Source: Lama glama (Eukaryota). From it: a stretch of 64,000 bases of DNA. The stretch lies in contig CM052817.1 of the NCBI GenBank assembly GCA_028534125.1, positions 33,048,001 through 33,112,000 on the forward strand, in the 5' to 3' direction. A model generated the notes under the pieces. That model had not been told where the DNA came from. It searched no databases and worked only from the letters and a program-made list of their open reading frames with translations. Positions 40,001 to 53,530 of the stretch are shown here, piece by piece. Both the position numbers and the translations under genes were made by a program. How positions within the stretch are numbered: the first letter of the stretch is position 1; each line of letters opens with the position of its first letter.

Positions 40001-40189
40001 TTTTGAAGTGCCTTATTACCAGTTTAGCAGGGTGAGCATATAAAGAATAAGATCAATGGGAATGATGAGCAGGGAGCTGAGTCTCACTAGTTTCTTTGGT
40101 CCCTTGGTATCATTCCCGATACTCAAAGCAGGAAGCTAATTACGTACTAACAGAAAAGAGCCTCATTAACCCTTTCTTTGCTTGGTTTT

Positions 40190-40550
40190 GAGTTAGGTTG
40201 ATTAACATATAATTTACATACAGTAAAATTCACCCTTTTCTGGTGTACAGTTCTATGAATTTTGACAAATGCATATATAGTTCGGTAAGCACTGTCAATC
40301 AAGATATAGCCTATTTCCATCACTCCAAAAAGTTCCCGCTTTGTAATCAATTCTCTTTCCCCATTCCCAGCCCTTGGTGAACACTTATCTGCGCTTATTT
40401 GTTTTCTGTCCTATAGTATTGCCTTTCCAGAATGTTCTATAAATGGAATCATATAGTACACAGCCTTTTGAGTCTTGCTTCTTTCATTTTAATATAAATA
40501 CATAAGGTATTTCATGCTCACTTATGTTGCCGCTTGTATTAGTAGATTGC
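40190..40550 (-). mobile_element. Older L1MB/MC 3' end (left part; target of the younger L1)
   Basis: 'atataatttacatacagtaaaattcacccttt...tgccttttccagaatg...aaatggaatcatatagta'-type consensus. Confidence 0.85.
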
Positions 40551-40554
40551 TCCC

Positions 40555-43500
40555 TTTTTTAAAAATTGAAGTATAGTCAGTTACAATGTGTCAATTTCTG
40601 GTGTACAGCACAATGTCCCAGTCATGTATATACATACATATATTTGTTTTCATATTCTTTTTCATTAAAGATATTGAATAGTTTCCTGTGTTATACAGAA
40701 AAAAATTGGTTTTTATCTATTTTTATATATAGTGGTTAATATTTGTAAATCTCAAACTCCCAAATTTATCCCTTCCAATCCTCTTTCCCCAGTAACCATA
40801 AGACTGTTTAATATGTCTGCAAGTCCGTTTCTGTTTTGTAGATGAGTTCATTAGTGTCCTCTTTTTTTCTTCTTTTAGATTCCACATATAATTGATATCA
40901 TATGGTATTTTTTGTTCTCTTTCTGGCTTACTTCACTTAGAATGATGATCTCTAGGTCCATCCATGTTGCTGCAAATGACATTATTTTATTCTTTTTATG
41001 GCTAAGTAGTATTCCATTATATAAATATACCATAGCTTCTTTATCCAGTCATTGTCGATGGACATTTAGGTTGCTTCCATGTCTTGGCTATTGTATACAG
41101 TGCTGCTATAAACATTGCAGTGCATGTATCTTTTCAATTTAGAGTTCCCTCTGGGTATATGCCCAGGAGTGGGATTGCTGGATCATATGGTAAGTCTATT
41201 TTTAGTTTTTTGGAGAATCTTCGTACTGTTTTCCATAATGGCTGCACCAAACTACATTATCACCGACAATGTAGGAGGGTTCCCTTTTCTCCACACTTTC
41301 TCCAGCATTTATTGTTCATGGACTTTTTAACAACTGGTGTGAGGCGATACCTCATTATAGTTTTGATTTGCATTTCTCTGACAATTAGCGATACTGAGCA
41401 ATTTTCATGTGTTATTGGCCATTTGTATGTCTTCATTAGAGGATTGCTTGTTTAGGTCTTCTGCCCACTTTTAGATTGGGTTGTTTGTTTTTTGTTATTA
41501 AGTTGTATGAGCTGTTTATATATTCTGAAAATTAAGTCTTTGTCAGTTGCTTCATTTGCAAATATTTTCTCTCATTCCATAGGTCATTGTTTTGTTTTAC
41601 TTATGGTTACCTTTGGTGTGCAAAAGCTTGTAAGTTTAATTAGGTATCATTTGTTTATTTTTGCTTTTATTTCTATCACCTGGGTAGACTGCCCTAGGAG
41701 AACACTACTAAGATTTATGTCAGAGGATGTTTTGCCTGTTTTCTTCTAGGAACTTTATTGTGTCTTGTCTTATATTTAAGTCTTTAAGCCATTTTGAGTT
41801 TATTTTTTGTGTATGGTATGAGGGAGTGTTCTAACTTCATTAATTTACATGTGGCTGTCCAGTTTTCCCAACACCACTTACTGAAGAGACTTTTTCTCCA
41901 TTGTATATTCTTGCCTCCTTTGTCAAAGATTAATTGACCATAGGTCTGTGGGTTTATTTCTGGGCTCTCTATTCTGTTGCATTGATCCGTATGTCTGTTT
42001 TTATGCCAATACCACGCTGTTTTGATTACTGTAGCTCTGTAGTATTGCATGAAGTCTGGGAGGGTTATTCCTCCAGCTTCATTCTTTTTCTTCAGTTATT
42101 GCTTTGGCAATTCTGGGTCTTTTCTGATTCCATATAAATTTTAGGATTATTTTTTCTTGTTCTGTGAAAAATGTCCTGCATAATTTGATAGGGATTGTAT
42201 TAAATCTGTAGATTGTCTTGGGCAGTATGGCCATTTTAACAACACTGACTCCTCCAATCCAAGAACATAGGATATCTTTCCATTTCTTTAAGTCNNNNNN
42301 NNNNNNNNNNNNNNNNNNNNNNNNNNNNNNNNNNNNNNNNNNNNNNNNNNNNNNNNNNNNNNNNNNNNNNNNNNNNNNNNNNNNNNNNNNNNNNNNNNNN
42401 NNNNNNNNNNNNNNNNNNNNNNNNNNNNNNNNNNNNNNNNNNNNNNNNNNNNNNNNNNNNNNNNNNNNNNNNNNNNNNNNNNNNNNNNNNNNNNNNNNNN
42501 NNNNNNNNNNNNNNNNNNNNNNNNNNNNNNNNNNNNNNNNNNNNNNNNNNNNNNNNNNNNNNNNNNNNNNNNNNNNNNNNNNNNNNNNNNNNNNNNNNNN
42601 NNNNNNNNNNNNNNNNNNNNNNNNNNNNNNNNNNNNNNNNNNNNNNNNNNNNNNNNNNNNNNNNNNNNNNNNNNNNNNNNNNNNNNNNNNNNNNNNNNNN
42701 NNNNNNNNNNNNNNNNNNNNNNNNNNNNNNNNNNNNNNNNNNNNNNNNNNNNNNNNNNNNNNNNNNNNNNNNNNNNNNNNNNNNNNNNNNNNNNATCTCC
42801 ATTGCCTTATTGATTTTCTGTCTGGAAGATCTGTCCTATGATGTAAATGAGTATTAAAGTCTCCTACTCATTTCTCCCTTTATGTGTCTTAGTATTTGCT
42901 TTATGTATTTAGGTGCTCCTATATTGGGTGCATATATGTCAATGAGTATAATATCCTCATCTTGTATTACTCCTTTAATCATTATATAGTGTCCTTCTTT
43001 AAGATCTTCCTTTATGGCCTTTGTTTTAAAGTCTATTTTGTCTGAAATCAGTATTGCTACTCCTGCTTTTTTGTCCTTTCCATTTGCATGAAGTATCTTT
43101 TCCATCCTCTCACTTTCAATCTATGTGTGTCCTTCACCGTAAAGTGGGTCTCTTATATAGAGCATATTGTAGGTTCTTGTTTTATTATCCAATCTGCCAC
43201 TCTGTGTATTTTGATTGGAGCATTTAGTCCATTGACATTGATGGTAATTATTGATAGGTGGTGTTTATTGCCATTTTGAAGTTAGTTTTCCAGTTGACTT
43301 CATATTTCCTCTTTGTTCCTCTTTTTTCTTTTTGTGGTTTGATACTTTTCTTTTGTATTATATTGGTTTCTTTTTGGTTTTTGTGACTCTATTGTATGCT
43401 TTTGACTTGTGGTTACCCTGTTTTTCAAGTATATTAACCCATTACTATACCTGTTTGCTTTAAACTGATAGTCATATAAGCTCAAACACAACCTAAAAAG

Positions 43501-45878
43501 AACAAGAAAAAAAGCCTCTATTTCCTGCTCCTCTCTTTCACCTTTTATGATTTTGATGTCCTCTTTTACATCTTCATGTTTATTCTATTGTAACTCATTA
43601 TAGTTACTGCATTTCCAATTACGGTTTTCTCCTTTCTATAGCATCCTGCTTCTTTTCTATTTAGAGTGGACCTTTCAATATTTTTTTAGCATAGATTTAG
43701 TATTGCTGAATTCTTTTAGTTTTTGCTTGTCTATGAAATTCTGTATCTCTTCTATTCTAAAGGATAGTCTTGCTGAATGGAGTATCTTAGGTTGCAGCTT
43801 TTTCTCATTCAGGACTTTGAATATACCTTGCCACTCCCTTCTGGCCTGCAATGTTTGTGTTGAGAAATCAGCTGAAAGCCTTTATATTATATTGTCTTGG
43901 TGTAGGTCTATTTGAGTTCTTGTTTGGGACCCTCTGTGCTTCCTGTACTTGGATATTTGATTCCTTCTTTGGGTTTGGGAAGTTTTCAGTCATGATTTCT
44001 TCAAATATCTTTTCAATCCCTTTTTCTATTTCTTCTACTTCTGGGACTCCTATTATGCAAAGATTGGGATGCTTTATATTATCCCATAGGTCCCTTATAT
44101 GCTTTCATTAGTTTTCACTTGCTTTTCTGTTTGTTGTTCTGATTAGGTGATTTCTGTTATCCTGTCTTCTAAGTCACTTATTCATCCCTCTGAATTATCT
44201 AGTCTGCTTTTGACTGCCTTTAGCTTGGCTCTTATCTCAGCCATTGAGTTTTCTGTTTTTAATTGGCTACTCTTTATAGTTTCTATTTCCTTTTTATAGT
44301 ATTCTGCATGCTTATTCATAGCCTCTCTTATTTCCTTCAGTATTTTATCATCCCCTTTTTGAAGTCATGATCTAGTTGACTATCATGGTCTATTTCATTG
44401 ATCATTCTTTCAGGGGACTTCTCTTATTCTTTTAATTAAGAGTAGTTCGTTTGCTTCTTCATTTTACTAATATCTCTCTGGCACTACCTATTATGGAGTA
44501 TCAGTTATCTTGTGGTCTTGAAGGGCTTTTTTTTTTTTTTTTTACAGAGGATGCGTTCCTGTGCAGACTGTGTGCCTCTAATAATTTTGTTGAGAGGTCT
44601 GTTGTTAGTATGAATGGTTGCACATCTTTTGTGTGTGTTGGCTGTTATCTCTTTGATTGAGGGTGTGGCGAGTGTTCTGGTGATCAGAGCCTGTCCTGGT
44701 TAATGAGCAGGGCCTCCTTTTCATTCTGTGGTTGTCACAGCCCTGACAGGGGCTGGGCCTGTCCCCCTTTAGTTGTAATGGAGGCTTCCAGACTTGTTTC
44801 TGAGCTGTGGTGCACAGTAAGCAGGGTTGGAGTCCCTGCTTTAGCCACGGGAGTGTCACTATTCTGCTCTGGTGTCCCCCAGGTTCTCTGCCCTCAGAGG
44901 TGCAAGTGTAGATCCACCAACATCTGGGTCACACATCTGGAGCATGGTGTGCTACTGGGTCAGAGCCATCCCCAGCGCTGCTTCTGTATAGGGTACGCAG
45001 ATCCTCTGAAAACTCTGCACTTACACTTGCCCCTGCTGTGTGCCAGACACCATTCCTTGCTCATTTGTCTTAGAGGCACAGGTCCACAAATGCACCTTCA
45101 GAGCAAATTGATCCCCTCTGCCTGGGGCTGTAAACAAATTTCAGTCCTGCCTATGATGTTGCAGAGGCCCTGCATATGGATTCAGGTTTTAACTACCCTC
45201 TGCCTGGGAGCCGCACACTAGTAAATATGGTGGCTATGGCTGAACCTTGCCTCTCTTCTCACAAGAACACAGTGGCTATGGCCCAGCTGCATTGCTCCCC
45301 TCCCCTGAACATGCACCAGCAGTATTGCTTTATTTATAGGGGACCCAGGCTATGCTGTTCTGTATACACTCCTACCCACAGCCCACACCACATTCCTGCC
45401 CCCTGAGGCTGCCTCTGCGCAGTCAGCCCCGGGCCTCTGTCCGGCTTGAGCAACCAGTCCTGGGCCACCCTTGCTGGCTCACATCTAGAGCTGGTGATCA
45501 CAGGGACCCTTTGTGCCAGTTTCTCTCAGTTCTTTTGGCCAAGTGGCTGCTGTGCACTCCGACCCTCAGAGGTTCCCCCTCCATCCCTACTGACCTCTCT
45601 GTTGGAAAGGGGGTGTCCCAGTGTAAGAGCGCTATTACTCCTTTGCCACTCCCTCCCTACAAGACAGGTCCCACACCAATTTCCTTTTTCATCTTTATTT
45701 TTTTTTCTCCTACCAGATTTTGAGAGGAATTTTGTCTTTTGAAGTGGGTGATGTTCTGTCAAAGTTCAGCAGGTGCTCTGAGTGAATGGGTGGGTCCATG
45801 GATGTCTCTCTTGGTGTATTCGTGGGAGAGAGTGAGCTAAGAGCTAAGAGCTACACTGCCATATTGGCAACCCCTCCA
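40555..45878 (-). mobile_element. Near-full-length, decayed L1 (5'UTR, ORF1, ORF2, 3'UTR) containing an assembly gap
   Basis: Endonuclease peptide KKAGVAILISDKIDFK...IYAPNIGAPKYIKQIL (42854-43105); post-RT peptide [17 protein letters not shown] (41784-42050); ORF1 remnant at ~43.7-44.4 kb; 5' terminus GGAGGGGTTGCCAATATGGC; frames broken. Confidence 0.97.
42295..42794. other. Assembly gap (500 N)
   Basis: Run of n. Confidence 1.
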
Positions 45879-45881
45879 ACC

Positions 45882-46430
45882 TGCTTCTTTTTCTTGCTGA
45901 GTAATAACCGATTGTATGAATGTGCCATAGTTTATTTAGCCATTTATTTAGCCATTTACCAGTTAATAATGGCTTGGCTTGCTTCCAATTTTTAGAAATT
46001 ATGAATAAAACCTTCACAGACATCCTTGCATGAGTTTTTATATATATATGTGTCTGTGGACATATGGTTTCATTTTTCTTAAATAAATTTCTAGGGTTGC
46101 TGGGTCATATGCTAAGTGTATGTTTAACTTTATAGGAAACTGACAAACTAATTTCCAAAGTGAGCTGTCCCACCAGCAACAGATGAGAGTTCTTTTGCCT
46201 CATGTCCTCACTAGCACTTGGTATTGCCAGTTTTTTTGGTTTTAGCCATTCTAATAGGTATCTAGAAACATCTCATTGTGGTTTCAATTTGTATTTTTCT
46301 AATGATTAATAATGTTAGTCATCTTTTCATGTGCTTATTTGTCACCCTATATCTTTTTTGGTGAAGTGTCCATTCAGATTGTTTTGCTCATTTTTATTAG
46401 GTTGTTTATTTTCTTACTATTGAGTTGTGA
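45882..46430 (-). mobile_element. Older L1MB/MC (right part, continuation of 40190-40550)
   Basis: Resumes with 'ttgctgagtaataaccgattgtatgaatgtgccatagttt...tctcattgtggtttcaattt'. Confidence 0.85.
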
Positions 46431-48679
46431 GTCTCATTATCCTTTATTAATACATTGGTTCAACATATGCTAGAGACTGTCCTTATTGCTAAGAATAAAC
46501 CCGTGAACAAATCAGACAAAAATTTCTGTCCTCTTGGCCAACAAATAAAGAAGACAAATGACTCCTGGGTGCTCTCCTAATTATTCAGCCCATTACATGT
46601 CATTCCCTTCTTAAGGAATGGGGGGATCTTTTATGCATATGATTAACATTTTTATACAATAACATCTTCTGACACATTAAATGTTAACATTAAATACATG
46701 GAAACAAATTTTCACATGAAATAGGGTCAAATCTAACACTGCTGTGAGCTCCATTTATTTGTTAACACATCGTACTGCAGGTGATTGCAGTATGGTCCTT
46801 GGACACATAGAGCTTTGTCTATGAAGAGAGAGTCATAAAACAATTATACAAACAATTACTTAATCACTACTGTAATAAGCAGTACTAAGGAAATAAATAA
46901 AATGTCTTGAAACTGTAAAAGGCTCTATGTGATACGTAACTGCCTACCTCTCCAACCCTGTCTCCTGGACTGACGATGAAAGAATTAAAAAGGCTGAGAA
47001 TACACATAATCCATTCATACTATAACTCTCTTTTGGAGAGACCTCAAGAAATGGAAATCATCATAGAAAGTCATTAGGTCTACTTAGATTTCTATTACAA
47101 TAACCATATGTTCAATTTAAAGATAAGAGTGTCTTCAAGTCAAAAACATACTTAAACTTTTTATGCAGTTAGTATTTTCCTAGCACAGACTTGGACTCAA
47201 TGACCATATTTACATAATGCCACCTTCCCACATAAGGCATGAGATCCAAAGGACCAAATGGATATATTTCATAACAGGAAATGACAACAGAACACTATTG
47301 TGAATTAGCAATTATTCACTCCTGCTGCTCCATTCTACTCTCTTCTGTATAACTTTTTCTTACACACAGTAATGCTTCCTTAGATATGTCATGAAAGCAG
47401 GGGGGGTGTTAGTAAAAATCCATAACATGCTAATTGGAATTTATTAAAAGAGTACTTCACACAAATTCTTTGAAATATAGGCTAGTGACTTTTTTAAAAT
47501 ATAAATTTAATCACAACCTTACATAAAGAAAGTCAAAATCAACTAATCAACCACTAAAAATGCTATAGTGAGACTAACAACTAGAGAAAACTTCTCAGTT
47601 CATATTAGCTAAAACTGCAAGCAACTAGAACCAGGTGTTGAAAAAGTAGTAGACGGCACATTCATTCATATCTCACGTTACAAAAAAAAAAAACTTGTCA
47701 GGCAGATTTACATGGTGATTTTTAAAATGTCAACTCAGAAAGCTTTGCAATACATTTTTTAAGCCATAAAAAACAAGGGTTATTTTATATCAAGACTGCA
47801 TAATAGCAACTCTTTGAAACATGACAATTTTGAAATTTGAAAAATGGCTTTCAAGTAAAAAAATCTACTAGGCTTTCTTTTCTTTTTTCATAGTTTTGAA
47901 GAAAGAGAAACAGGCTTCTGATTTTAATTTAGTTAAGAAGAAAACCCAAAGCTTTATCAATCATCAATTCTATGTATATATTAAAACTCTTACTAAAACA
48001 GAATTATCTCTTGGGAGAAAAGGATGTATTTGGAAAATAAAAGGATTTAGTATCTTAATACTGTCTGTGATCCTTACAATATTGAATTCAATTGTATTCA
48101 AATGCATTATGGAGCCTATTTTTCCATTTACTACATACATTAGACATCATAACTTTCTGAACCTGTTTTGTGGCTTGGTAAGATATATCTAAAATACTTC
48201 CACATATGGTTCTTGGTTAATGTTCTTAAAATAAAGAGGATTCTGTCATTGTGAGGTTTTATTTAATCCCTAAATTGTGTCTTAACTGGCAGAAAGCAAC
48301 CACCACCAGGTATTTTTGTCTAAAATGGAATATTTAGCTAGTAAATGTTTTTTTTTAAATTCTTGCTATAAGAAGTAATAATACTGTCACTGTATGTTTT
48401 TTTGTTCATCATTGCCATGAAAACCCAGTGTGTAAAATCTGAATAAACAAAGTTACGTTTTAAGACTTATATCCCCAGAAATCAAATATCAGCATTTCAT
48501 GTCTCCTTTTTAACCATTTTTCTAATATAATAAAGGCAAAGGATTTTAAAATATTTAAATATAATATGTTCTGCTAAGACTCTGGTTTATTAGCTCACAC
48601 ACAATTGGTAAACAGGAATAATTTTTATATTACACAAAAATCACATTTTTTCATTTGTCATTTTTTTTTTGTTCTTTTA

Positions 48680-48890
48680 ACATTTCACGTCACCAAATAA
48701 CAGCCGTTGAACACAAAGTAAACAAACACAGCTGAACACTGCAAGCCAAAAGAACTGGGCACAGCATACAGTCCCCATGCATCCCTGTTCTTCCTCGTGG
48801 CTCTACGTGGCCACGTGTCCTCTTGAAAGTGCTTCCGGTTTGGTTCTCTCTGACCTTTAGTGCACTTTGCCTTTGCCTCCAAAACAAAAC
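48680..48890. promoter_or_regulatory. Candidate enhancer (FOX, E-box/HRE, ETS, HNF4/DR1-like and CRE half-site cluster)
   Basis: CACGTCA 48686, GTAAACA 48718, TACGTG 48804, CACGTG 48812, CTTCCGG 48832, TGACCT 48851, TGCACTTTGCCTT 48861; retained CpGs. Confidence 0.55.
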
Positions 48891-49479
48891 AGCCTCAACT
48901 CCTCTTCCCCTTCCAGGAAGCTACCTTCAGTCCTATATATGCTATAAAACTTCTTTATTTAAAGGAATTTGGCCTCTCTTTTTAACTGTGCAAGTATATT
49001 TATCAAGATTTTTATTGTTTTCATTAGTGCTGTATTGCAAATTTGTAGAGATTTTTGAATGGGTCTCTGGTAATACTTTTTTTATCATGAGCCCTGATAA
49101 CTATTATGTGATTTTGCAAAACAAGCTTTCCAGGAATGCATATAAAGCACAGCAAAAGCACTCCTACTAACACATAGACAAAGGCGGCAACTCTATTAAA
49201 AGTAGACTATTTTGGTTGGTGGGCAGCACTATCAGAGAAAACGTCAAATATGAATTCACAGGTGACATAAGAGACACAAGAGAGCCAAAATCTTGGGTAC
49301 AAAAGATGGTTTTGGAGTTTCGTAAATAATGTACAAAAGGTTCAGAGGGTAGAGTGAGCACAGAGATTTACATCCTCTTCTTGTTCCATCAGGATGACAG
49401 AAGGGAATAAAAATGGACAGGAACACACAACAACAAAGAGATTGTGAGATAGTCCATAGGCAGACAGAAGATTTCAAAC

Positions 49480-50935
49480 ACTTTTCCTCCCCATCTGCTG
49501 ATTATCTTTGTAACTCACATGAAATAAGTAAACTTTCTTTTTTGTTCTGTTAACTAGAGATGGTATCCTATGGCTTTTTGTCTTCTGAGCAGAGGATATG
49601 AACCTCCTTTCCCTTCCCTCTACTTCTTGTTTCCCCCTTTCATTTTTCAAATCATCTGTACTTTTATTTTCACCTGGCAAAGATTTTGTATTTTGTTCTG
49701 TAACCATAATTTAGTCTTATATACTTTTTCTACAGTTTGATTCAAAAAGTGAATGGTGTTTGCATCATCACGAATTATATGACTATTAATGCAGAGCTAA
49801 ATTACGGGTTATGATTACATCGCCTTATGCATATAACACACTTTGGTCCTAGAATGCTTGATGGGCTTTTTGGGAGGATGGAGGAGGGAGAGCATTCTTT
49901 GCCTTAATCAAAGCTTTAAAGTCTCCTAATTTCAAATATAGTCTTATCTTTGAAGTCTGTTTTTTTTTTTTAATTGAGGTGCAGTTGATTCATGGGTTTT
50001 GGGGTTTTTTCCCCCCCTGAATACTTTACTACCAAACCCTTTCATTCTCCAGTTCTATCATGGGCAGGCTGTTCTCCAGGCCTTCCTGCATAGCAATCTG
50101 GAACTTCTCTTATGGCTCTACTCTACTGGGACACTGTTTCATTAAATCCTTAATTTTTCTATTTTGTGGTGCTGTCTTGTTTTGCAGGATACTCTCAAGT
50201 AACTTATTCAGAAAAGGTGTGTGGAAAGCAAAGTTCTTTAATCTCTGGAAAGGCTTTTTCTTGCCCTCAAAGTTGAATAATAGTTTCTCTGGGTCTGCAA
50301 GTCTACGCTGAAAATAATGCATTGCTTCCTCATCTTCTGGCTCCAGGTTGCTGATAAGAAACGTGTGCTCTTCTCACTCTCGTTGCTTTGTAGATGAGCT
50401 TCTTTTTTTCCATCTTAGGGCCCTTAGATCTTCTCATTCTCTGGTACTCTGAGGAGTCACAGTGATTGTGTCTGGCTTAGAGGTTTCTTACTCTTTTCAC
50501 TTGCTTCTCAGCTAAGCCTATTCTGTTTGATATGTCTTCCTTCACATCTGGGAACGTCTCCCATTCCTTGTTTGCTAATTTCCTGTCCTCTGCTTACTCA
50601 CTCTTTCTGCAATTTCTTACAGTTCTTGGACCTCTGAATTGGTTTTCCATAGCTCTTTCCTTTCGTATCATATTTTCAATGTTCTATTCTTTCTACATTT
50701 TAGGGGATTTTCTTGATTTACCTTTAAACTTTGGTTGAATTTTAGTTTTATAATAATATCCCTATTTCTAAGAGCTTCTTTTTTATTGAGCTTTATTGAG
50801 CTATAACTCACATGTCATAAAATTTACCCTTAAAATGCACAATTCACTGGTTTTTAGTGTATTCACAGAGGTATACAATCATCACCACTGTATAATTTCA
50901 GAACATTTTCATCATCCCAAAAAGAAAGCCTGTAC
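49480..50935 (-). mobile_element. Ancient L1M fragments plus an L1MB-type 3' tip (50780-50935)
   Basis: T-rich plus strand; 'gctttattgagctataactcacatgtcataaaatttaccct...cagaacattttcatcatcccaaaaagaaa'. Confidence 0.6.
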
Positions 50936-51384
50936 TCAAATTTACTGTTATTAAAAAGATATACAGCTATAAATTCATGCATATTAGAATATAGCCTGAA
51001 TAAAATTTTCAATTGCAAGATATAACTCTACTTAGTTATACTAGGAAACTGAGAAATAATAGAAATAATAGAATTCTGGCTTTTTCACATATAGTAATAC
51101 TATGGTATGCACTAAAATAATTTTTTAAATTGAAGTATAAATTCCTGGAAGGTGACAGAAGAAGAGAAGAGTACAAAATCATGGAGCAAAACAAGAAAAA
51201 TAAACCTCCTCCCCTTCCCCTACCAAAGACTGCCTAGGATATGTGACAAGGCACTGCAGCAAAGAGGGACCACCTGCCCAGAAGATACAAGCAATTCTGA
51301 CTCAGAAGACTCAGGGATAATGGAGGTGGAAAGTGAGGGGTATAACATAAAGCAGAGCATACACATCTTACATACACATCTTAC

Positions 51385-51890
51385 ATGAGCAGTTCAGTTT
51401 ATTTTTACACATATGTCTATCCATGTAACCAGCACCCAGATCAAAGTATGGAATATGTCCAGTGCTCTAGAAGATTCCCTCAATACTTATCTAGTCAATG
51501 ATCCCACGGCAAACCATTACTTTTAACTCTCTTAACACAGCTTGCTTTTTGTCTGCTTTTTTGAACTTCATATAAATGGAATTATATGTATATACTACTT
51601 TGTGTCTAGATTTAGTTCAACATCATCCAAAATCTCAAATTCTTTTTTTCTAACTGTGTTTTATTGTGCTAAATGACTATAACAGTTTTTCTATCCATTC
51701 TACTGTGAAGAATATTTAGGTTTTACAGTTCAGGACCGTTATAAATAATGATGCTCTGAACATTCTAATACAAATGCCTTTTGGTAGACTCATTTCGATA
51801 TGCCTGGGTGTGAAACCACTGGGTCGGTGTATACTAAGCTTAGCTTGATACTATCAACATTTTTCCATGGTTGTATCATTATTATCCACA
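51385..51890 (-). mobile_element. L1MC/ME 3' fragment
   Basis: 'catgtaaccagcacccagatcaa...tttgaacttcatataaatggaattat'. Confidence 0.7.
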
Positions 51891-53429
51891 CATTTAAAAT
51901 TTGACCAAATTTGATGTAACTTTAAAAATATACATACAATGTTTTAAATGAGGTACAACTGTATAAAGTTTCTTTTCTGGTATTTTACGGTGGGTAGCCA
52001 AAGCCCTAATAATGGAGAGGAGAGAGAAAAAGTCACAATGGAAACCACTTTGCCATACTCTTAATATTCTTCTTTATTTTATTTTTCTCATTATTTGTCT
52101 ACTTGCTTACTTACTTTCCTACCTAATTACACAGGAAAAGGCTTGGAAGGCAAGATACTAACTCAGGAACAAATTGAACTGTAAGACAATAGGGAGGGGT
52201 GTGGACATTTACTTTTTATTTTACTAATGTTATGATATGAATTTTCTAGAAGCACATACCAGTATTGCTTTTTAAACAGTCTCTTGGCTCTGAAATATAA
52301 TAATGCCTGCCTCACATAAAATAAACAGACATGTATTTTTCTCTGGGAAATTTGAGTGTGTTGCTATCACTGACTTGTACAATGGAGGAAGCATTGTCTT
52401 TCAACAGAGAAAGAAATATAAGAGTAATAATAACTGCCGGCTTCCCACCTCTATTGAGGTCAAAGGACAAAGAAATATGGTTCACATGCAGGTGGAGAGA
52501 TTTAAGTCAGACATGAGAAAAAAATTCTACAATCGTGATGAATATTAGACATTGAAACAAGTTATTAAAGGGGAAAGAGGGAAGACATTATAAATCTTCT
52601 CCCGTAGGGATTTGAAGGGCAGTATATACAGCCATCTGTATAGTGAAACTCGAATAAAACCCAGCTGGGAATCTATGTCCATTTTTATAACACTATAAAT
52701 ACTGAAGAAGGTTTTCTGGGATATCCTTTAAATAATACATGTTTCTTGTTGCACAAATTTTTGAGCTGTACAGTATTGCAAAGATAGAATAAGAAACTAA
52801 TGTGAAAAGAGCATTTTAATTATATGAATCAATTCAATCAAATGGGTCCAAAACTGAGAAATCCTATTGCAAGATATGTCTTCAGGATAGTATGGAATAA
52901 AGTATAACTGCTGCAGAACCAGGGGTCACAAACAGAAAATAAACAGCTCTCCCCGAAATTTATACAAAACAGTGAAATACAAAACCACCAGAAACATTTA
53001 CGACTTGGCTTTCTTTGGAAATGCAGCCTTCCAGAGACTAACTTAAACACTGCATCAATGTTTATAGACTCAGCAGAGAGCATGGAAAGGAGCCCATTAT
53101 CCCTGTTATCCAGGAAGCAGATTACTAGCCTGCCAGGTAAGGAGCCTTTCCATGGTGGGTCCACTCTGGTTTGGAAACGGGAGCCTCCAAGTAAACTAAC
53201 TCCCACCCCACAGCCATGGATCTTCTCTTAGAGTTTTTAACCTCCCACCCATATTCTCATATGCTGAGGATTCCTTCTGTTGAGAAAATAGAAAGATTCA
53301 TAAGAGGAAGAGGAGGAGGGGGAAAATAGAAGAAAAAGATGCACCAATTAAAGTCTAAAATATAGAGCCAGAGGGCAGATGCTTGAAGAAAGGAGATTAG
53401 AAATTCACATTTCCATTTTACAGATGATA

Positions 53430-53530
53430 GGGGGGAGGGTAGAGCTCAGTAGTAGAGTGCAGGCTTAGCATGCTCAAGGTCCTGGGTCCAATTACCAGTA
53501 CCTCCATTAAAAAAAGAAAAAGAAACAAAA
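53430..53530 (+). mobile_element. tRNA-derived SINE (camelid Vic-1 type) inserted in a MIR
   Basis: gggggagggtagagctcagtagtagagtgc...cctgggtccaattaccagtacctcc plus A tail; TSD ccatttt(a/g)cagatga at 53413 and 53531. Confidence 0.9.

Noticed and set aside
42218..42841. Longest ORFs in the track (207 and 188 aa)
   Set aside because: Artefacts of the N gap.
44703..45762. Cluster of GC-rich ORFs
   Set aside because: Lies in the L1 5'UTR; no domain similarity.
52838..53206. 122-aa minus-strand ORF / exon 53002-53129
   Set aside because: No recognisable protein and a weak donor (GTC|gtaaat); a plus-strand donor at 53136 is equally plausible by chance.
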